The notes under the pieces were generated by a model. The model did no database searches and was not told the origin of the DNA. It was given only the letters and a program-made list of their open reading frames with translations. The position numbers and the translations under genes were made by a program. Positions 16,574-21,583 of a stretch of DNA of 21,583 nucleotides are shown one piece after another (the first letter of the stretch is position 1; each line of letters opens with the position of its first letter). The stretch is from Candidatus Thorarchaeota archaeon (GTDB lineage Archaea; Asgardarchaeota; Thorarchaeia; Thorarchaeales; Thorarchaeaceae), in NCBI GenBank assembly GCA_016933575.1, contig JAFGAR010000055.1, positions 1 through 21,583 of the forward strand. Direction: 5' to 3'.

Positions 16574-17047
16574 CTAGACTTGTCTTATAGATGATGCCTT
16601 TCTACTTAGCAAAAGCCACCCGCTTGCAAGAATTACCATCCCAATCAACACAAAGGATGATCCAATAGACTGGATCATTTCATTCAGCGGAATGACTGCT
16701 CGAACAACTAATCCTCCTATGATTGATAGGACCCCTCCAAGCATCGCATATCTGTTGGAACGAGTGTCAGGGTGTTCAAATATCAAACCTTCAGAATGTG
16801 ATCGAATACTTGGTGCATCCGATAATCTGACATCTGATTTGAAGAACCTAGTTTTATCATCTGTAAGATATCCATTAAGACTACCCGCTTGGATAAGATT
16901 CTCTATATTCCGAACCACAGCATCTTCGTCCATTTCAACTGCGCTGGCAATACTTTGAATTGAACTGATGCCAGATGACTCTATGAGGTCTCTGATAAGA
17001 TCTGCTTCACATATCGATTGATTTGCTTCAGTGCTAGTGATCATCAT
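16574..17047 (-). CDS. PCI/winged-helix-like domain protein with two C-terminal TM helices
   Basis: SSIQSIASAVEMDEDAVVRNIENLIQAGSLNGYLTDDKTRF matches the PCI-type WH pattern, followed by two hydrophobic helices. ATG 17047 preferred over TTG 17110. Confidence 0.6.
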   Translation of the reverse strand: MMITSTEANQSICEADLIRDLIESSGISSIQSIASAVEMDEDAVVRNIENLIQAGSLNGYLTDDKTRFFKSDVRLSDAPSIRSHSEGLIFEHPDTRSNRYAMLGGVLSIIGGLVVRAVIPLNEMIQSIGSSFVLIGMVILASGWLLLSRKASSIRQV

Positions 17048-17231
17048 TACTCGATATCGTTCATGTTGCTGGCGAATATAACCTCCAGCCACGATATGAG
17101 GACACTCCAAAGGGTCACCAGTAGAGGACTCATTCTGTGACTTATATATTCATGAATGGATACCATTGTGTGTATAGATTGCCTTATAGCTACGCTTATT
17201 TTCTCATTGGCTACGATGGTTTCAAACTAGA

Positions 17232-17663
17232 ATGGGATTATCAAGAATGGTCGACATCAAATGGGATGATAGTCTATCTGTGAATGTTGAATTAATTGAT
17301 CATCAGCACAAGGAATTGATCAAGCGAATAAGTGACATATCTGAGGCAGTCGATACGAATCAAAGCCCTGAGGTCATTGTGAATACCCTCCTCTTTATGA
17401 GTGAATATGCGGACTTCCATTTTTCAACAGAAGAACGACATATGAAGGAGCAGAACTATCCTGCTATGGAGCATCATCTGAAGCAACATGAGGAATTCAA
17501 ATCGATGGTTCAGACAATGATCATGGATTTCAAAGAAGAAGGAGCTACGCCTGCACTTGGTAAGTCGATCAATACCTACCTTATGAACTGGCTTATCGAT
17601 CATATTAAGGGAATAGATCTCAAATTTGGAGAATTCCTACACAGCAGTGGATTCTCTGAATAG
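17232..17663 (+). CDS. Single-domain hemerythrin (bacteriohemerythrin-like)
   Basis: W..SLSV...IDHQHKEL, HFSTEE, HLKQH and WLIDHIKGID supply the full di-iron ligand set H / HxxxE / HxxxH / HxxxxD. Confidence 0.93.
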   Translation: MGLSRMVDIKWDDSLSVNVELIDHQHKELIKRISDISEAVDTNQSPEVIVNTLLFMSEYADFHFSTEERHMKEQNYPAMEHHLKQHEEFKSMVQTMIMDFKEEGATPALGKSINTYLMNWLIDHIKGIDLKFGEFLHSSGFSE

Positions 17664-17747
17664 ATGCGTTATCAATTTGCCATCATTGCTATTCATATGA
17701 ATGGAATGTGCCTTCTTTTTATCAATTCTTGAAATAGCACGATCGCA

Positions 17748-18128
17748 CTATGTTTCATCTGTTTCCTCAAGCCAATCGCAAAATCGTGGATGTGTTTCGA
17801 CTTGCCTGATTGGAATCGAATTGTGCAGAAGCATTATTCGCAGGTTATTGGTCTTTTTAAGCTCTTCAAAAAGTGCTTGATTATCTATCATTGAGAGAGA
17901 ATTCTTCTTCTTTAAATCGACATAGTAAAAGCTGTATTCATTTTGCTTCTCTACTTGAATCTGAAGTGTGAATTCCATCTCTTCAAAGATGACTTTGCGG
18001 AACTCATCCAGTTCGTCCTCAAGAGCAATCCATCCTGAGATGACTTCGTGAGGTTTCTTTCCTATGACATAGAATGCAGCAAGTGTATCTTGCTCTCCGA
18101 TGTCTGGATTGCTTTCCGCGTCCCTCAT
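17748..18128 (-). CDS. Hypothetical soluble protein
   Basis: 126-aa ORF with an ATG, protein-like composition and an upstream AT-rich TATA-like region (about 18150-18167). No recognisable motif. Confidence 0.6.
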   Translation of the reverse strand: MRDAESNPDIGEQDTLAAFYVIGKKPHEVISGWIALEDELDEFRKVIFEEMEFTLQIQVEKQNEYSFYYVDLKKKNSLSMIDNQALFEELKKTNNLRIMLLHNSIPIRQVETHPRFCDWLEETDET

Positions 18129-18186
18129 GGGATTCTTGCTGTGCAGTTGAGTATATAGATATATTTCTTCGTAGAGAAAGGCAGAC

Positions 18187-18869
18187 CTATGATTGTCCTG
18201 GCATGATCAGGATATGGTCAATATTACTCGTTTCATCTTGTTCAATGATGAGTCGAACTGCTTTTGCGACATCCCGTGCTGTAAGCATCTTTGTAGTATC
18301 TACATCTCGCCCATCGAACCATGGCGTCGCAACAGAGCCAGGATTGATCGTTGCAGCTCTGACTGCAGTTCCTCTCTGAGAGACCATACCATAGCCTGTA
18401 CTGCGTGTTTAGTTGCTGAATAGATGCTAGCACGAGCCGATGTCCTAAGTCCTAGGTTAGAAGAAGTGACAATGATTTGACCAGAATTCTGAGCTTTCAT
18501 AAGGGGTAAGATTCTCCTAAGCCACAGAAAGACGCCTCGTACATTTGTGTTGAATTGTTCATCGAACTCGCTGATGGAAGCATCTTCCAAGTTCCCGAAA
18601 TATCCAACACCTGCATTGGCAATGAGCACATCGACCTTCTTCATCAAAGAGAGAGCTTCATTCGATAGACGTTCCGCATCTTTCTCATTCCCTACATCGC
18701 CAATTCCAATACTCGCTACTGAACCAAGTGATTCCACTTCTTTCTTAACTGTATTCAGCTTGGTTTCGTTTCGTGCTATCAGGAAGAACTGATGCTTGTC
18801 CTGAGCCATCTCAAGTGCGATGGCGCGCCCGATTCCACTTGAACCCCCTGTGATGATGATCTTTTTCAT
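18187..18869 (-). pseudogene. Short-chain dehydrogenase/reductase, frameshifted (pseudogene or assembly error)
   Basis: Frame 1 from ATG 18869 has TGGSSGIG, NAG and YSATK up to SLREEL. The expected continuation GTAVRAATINPGSVATPWF...LTARDVAKAV is in another frame (ORF 18187-18387). The junction is at about 18367-18372. Confidence 0.8.
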
Positions 18870-19083
18870 ATTCTCTGAACCTCCTGATGAGAGTGTGAAT
18901 GTTCCTTGTAAAATGTTCCCTTGAATGGTTAGACATACGATTATCAAACATATATTTCATCTATTGCCGCCATTTCCCCTAACAATTTTGGTCAAAGGAA
19001 AAGTATTGCCGCTAAACCCAATGACTATTGAAACGCAAAGTCTTTGAGATGGCATAGTTGTCCGAGTTCGAAGGCATTTGGAT

Positions 19084-19965
19084 ATGGAGTATCAAACACG
19101 GTCATTGCGCGAGAATGATAGAGAGATGATACTGGAGATTGCTAGGAAAACTTGGAGTGGCAATGACCATTTACCACATATGTTCGAGGATTGGATGTCG
19201 AACCCAGATTGTCACACAGTTGCTGTTATACAAAGCGAGAAGGTTGCTGCACTTGGTTGTGTTCGAGTCATCGATGATGGTCATACTGGTTGGCTTGAAG
19301 GACTACGGGTCCATCAGGACCATCAAGGCAAGGGACTTGCACGAATAATTACGACTTCTTTGAAAGAGAAGGCTATAGAGTTAGGAGTTGAAAGAATACG
19401 TCTTACAGCATCTATGGATAGTCCAATACCAAATCATCTTGCACAGAGCATATCGATGAGATGTCTATATTCTCTTCATGTCAAATGGCTGGATGAATTT
19501 GAACGGGTAAAAGCCATCCGATCGACATCAATGATGAGAGAGATCTCGATTGACGAATTCCTAAGATATGGCATTGAGGTGGATTCGTTGATACCTTATG
19601 GTGTTGTGATATATCATTGGTATGCATTCGATATCACTAATCCTCCTATCAAGGAAATCAATCAATTGGAAGACCTGAGATTCTGGCTGGCGAAATCCCA
19701 ATTGAACGAAATCGAGGGAGTTGCGATGGGATTCCAAATGATGAATGATTCGGGAAGTGAATGGTGCACAACCATCTATCCAAATTCCTTAGGTGCACTT
19801 CTATCGCTTCTCTCAAAACAAGGAGAGCATTGCTTGCAATACAACATTCAAGATATGATGCTCCTGTATCCCATTGAGTTCAGTATGAATCCGGACCTAA
19901 TGGACATCCTAAACGAGTCAATGGGTTACGGTCTCACGTTGAATTTGTATGAAGGTAACCTATAG
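19084..19965 (+). CDS. GNAT-family N-acetyltransferase with a C-terminal extension (NAT16/histidine N-acetyltransferase-like architecture)
   Basis: WSGNDHLP and GWLEGLRVHQDHQGKGLA (acetyl-CoA motif A QGKGLA) in the N-terminal half. Confidence 0.8.
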   Translation: MEYQTRSLRENDREMILEIARKTWSGNDHLPHMFEDWMSNPDCHTVAVIQSEKVAALGCVRVIDDGHTGWLEGLRVHQDHQGKGLARIITTSLKEKAIELGVERIRLTASMDSPIPNHLAQSISMRCLYSLHVKWLDEFERVKAIRSTSMMREISIDEFLRYGIEVDSLIPYGVVIYHWYAFDITNPPIKEINQLEDLRFWLAKSQLNEIEGVAMGFQMMNDSGSEWCTTIYPNSLGALLSLLSKQGEHCLQYNIQDMMLLYPIEFSMNPDLMDILNESMGYGLTLNLYEGNL

Positions 19966-20035
19966 ACCTGTAGTCTAGCACCTGCGTTCAGATTTTGTAT
20001 TGCTAGCATCTGGGGGTCTTCCACCAAAATGATGA

Positions 20036-20052
20036 TATTGCTAGTTGCAATT
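20036..20052. promoter_or_regulatory. TGC-N5-GCA palindrome upstream of the Cys/Met enzyme gene
   Basis: TATTGCTAGTTGCAATT. The half-site TATTGCTAG is directly repeated at 19998-20006. Confidence 0.35.
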
Positions 20053-20081
20053 CATTTGTAGAAAGGAGCATCCTGTATCAG

Positions 20082-21263
20082 ATGACAACGAAAAAAAGGG
20101 GACTCTCTACGAGGAGCGTACAAGGAAATAAGCGGCCTCAACCCGGACCTGCTGTTGAACCGATTGTCCAGACATCGACTTTCATTTTCAAGGACCAGCA
20201 TGAGATGGTAAATGCTGTTCAAGGAACATCAGGAAAACATGTCTACACTAGATGGAGCAATCCTACAACTAGGAACGCCGAAGAAAAAATCAGTTCGTTG
20301 GAAGGAACAGATGATACACTTCTCTTGGCATCTGGGATGGCAGCCATATCCTCAACAGTGTATGGGTTCCTCAAGAAAGGGAATAGACTTCTGTCGTGCG
20401 ACTCGATCTATGGAGGAACACTTCATCTCTTCAAGGAGGTATTACCTAACCAAGGTATCGAGGTGGACTTTCACCCCCTAGATGGGTTCGCAGATGCAGT
20501 TGAGAATTCATATGGATCATATGACATGTGCTATTTTGAAACACCTACAAATCCTGTTTTAGGAATAGTCGATATCAGGCGTGTTGCCTCTGCAGCAAAG
20601 GCAACCAACACCGTTTCAGTCATCGATAACACTTTTGCGACACCTATCAACCAGAGACCCCATGAGCTAGGAGTAGACGTCGTCATTCATAGTGCCACTA
20701 AGTATCTTGGAGGGCATAGTGACGTCATCGCGGGTTGTGTTTCTGGTTGTGATGAACACATCAAGAAGGTAAGGAGTGCGGCCAGACTACTTGGCGGGAC
20801 AATTGACCCCTTCGCATCGTTCCTTCTGGACCGAGGGATCAAGACACTAGCAGCACGTATGGTCTGGCATAACTTCAATGCAATCTTCTTGGCAGATAAG
20901 CTTTCCCAAGATTCTAGAATTTCAAGGATTCACTATCCTGGATTACCAACCCATCCAAATCATTCGATTGCCAGACGGCAGATGTCAGGCTATGGAGGCA
21001 TGATTGCCATCGACCTTGATGCGAATCTCAACATGACCAAAGATTTTGTTGATTCTCTTGAGATCTTTCTTAATGCCGTTTCACTTGGTGGAGTTGAGAG
21101 TTTAGCAAGCATTCCCGCGTTAACAACTCACTATGGTTTCTCAAAGGAAGAACTAGAGAAGACGGGTATCTCAGAATCCACTGTCAGATTATCAGTTGGT
21201 ATTGAGGATCCTGAAGACCTGTTGCAGGACATCAGACAAGCCCTTGATCTATCAATCAGATGA
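20082..21263 (+). CDS. PLP-dependent Cys/Met metabolism enzyme (cystathionine gamma-synthase/lyase or methionine gamma-lyase family)
   Basis: YTRWSNPT, SGMAAI, YGGT, ETPTNP, DNTFATP, HSATKYLGGHSD (PLP lysine), AVSLGGVESL and RLSVGIED. Confidence 0.93.
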   Translation: MTTKKRGLSTRSVQGNKRPQPGPAVEPIVQTSTFIFKDQHEMVNAVQGTSGKHVYTRWSNPTTRNAEEKISSLEGTDDTLLLASGMAAISSTVYGFLKKGNRLLSCDSIYGGTLHLFKEVLPNQGIEVDFHPLDGFADAVENSYGSYDMCYFETPTNPVLGIVDIRRVASAAKATNTVSVIDNTFATPINQRPHELGVDVVIHSATKYLGGHSDVIAGCVSGCDEHIKKVRSAARLLGGTIDPFASFLLDRGIKTLAARMVWHNFNAIFLADKLSQDSRISRIHYPGLPTHPNHSIARRQMSGYGGMIAIDLDANLNMTKDFVDSLEIFLNAVSLGGVESLASIPALTTHYGFSKEELEKTGISESTVRLSVGIEDPEDLLQDIRQALDLSIR

Positions 21264-21279
21264 CGGTTCCAAGAGAGTA

Positions 21280-21583
21280 TTATCCACTGAAGGTTCGTAA
21301 TATTTCAAGGATTGCGTTCTCTCCATCCTTCGTATACGGTCCAGAGGTTCCATAGAGGATTTCCCCGTTATTCTTCACTAGGAATAGATAGATTGTGTCT
21401 TCATTGTCGATAGATAATGCTGTTTTAAACGGTTCCTTATCAATGTACAATGTGATTGTACGACCTCTGGTTTCAGTTGACGGGATACCTGCTTTCATAC
21501 CTCCGTCAATGAATTTTCTTGCGATAACATTGAGTCTTCGAATCGTCGGGATTTCGTAGTATTCTACTGATGGATACTCATGG
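21280..21583 (-). CDS. ATP10-like thioredoxin-fold protein (C-terminal part; starts beyond the right edge)
   Basis: The frame stays open to the window edge: HEYPSVEYYEIPTIRRLNVIARKFIDGGMKAGIP...RTITLYIDK...IYLFLVKNNGEILY..SG, matching prokaryotic ATP10-like proteins (YExP, FIDGGMRAGIP, LVDxxGxI). Confidence 0.65.
   Translation of the reverse strand, partial: HEYPSVEYYEIPTIRRLNVIARKFIDGGMKAGIPSTETRGRTITLYIDKEPFKTALSIDNEDTIYLFLVKNNGEILYGTSGPYTKDGENAILEILRTFSG

Noticed and set aside
18300-18372. Programmed ribosomal frameshift in the SDR
   Set aside because: There is no canonical slippery heptamer, and a simple frameshift would still leave about 3 expected residues missing. A deletion fits better.
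20082-21263. Specific call as methionine gamma-lyase (mgl) or metB
   Set aside because: It has YGGT rather than the YGCT typical of MGL, and the subfamily cannot be resolved from motifs alone.

Overview
Gene-dense archaeal chromosomal window, most likely from an Asgard archaeon (Thorarchaeia-like). This is inferred from a profilin-like protein, a membrane-anchored PCI/winged-helix-like protein, a TrmB regulator, a geranylgeranyl reductase, a binding protein anchored by a TM helix rather than a lipobox, and TATA-like elements close to start codons. In order, it contains: a partial geranylgeranyl-reductase-family gene coupled to a TrmB-family regulator, an agmatinase, an acidic surface protein with a membrane partner, a divergent cluster (wHTH protein, membrane protein, profilin-like protein), a complete BMP-family (nucleoside-type, CUT2) ABC importer, an alpha/beta hydrolase, an Atg22/UMF1-like MFS transporter, a pirin, a hemerythrin, a frameshifted SDR, a GNAT, a PLP-dependent Cys/Met trans-sulfuration enzyme and a partial ATP10-like gene. 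I saw no rRNA, tRNA, CRISPR array or mobile element. The most notable items are the divergent profilin and its neighbourhood, a recurring TGC-N5-GCA palindrome upstream of the ABC importer, the hydrolase and the Cys/Met enzyme, the membrane-anchored PCI/DDRGK-like protein, a TM5-TM6 duplication in the MFS, hairpin plus U-tract terminators, and an SDR frameshift that fits a micro-repeat deletion. All family calls come from motif recognition by eye; no database search was run.
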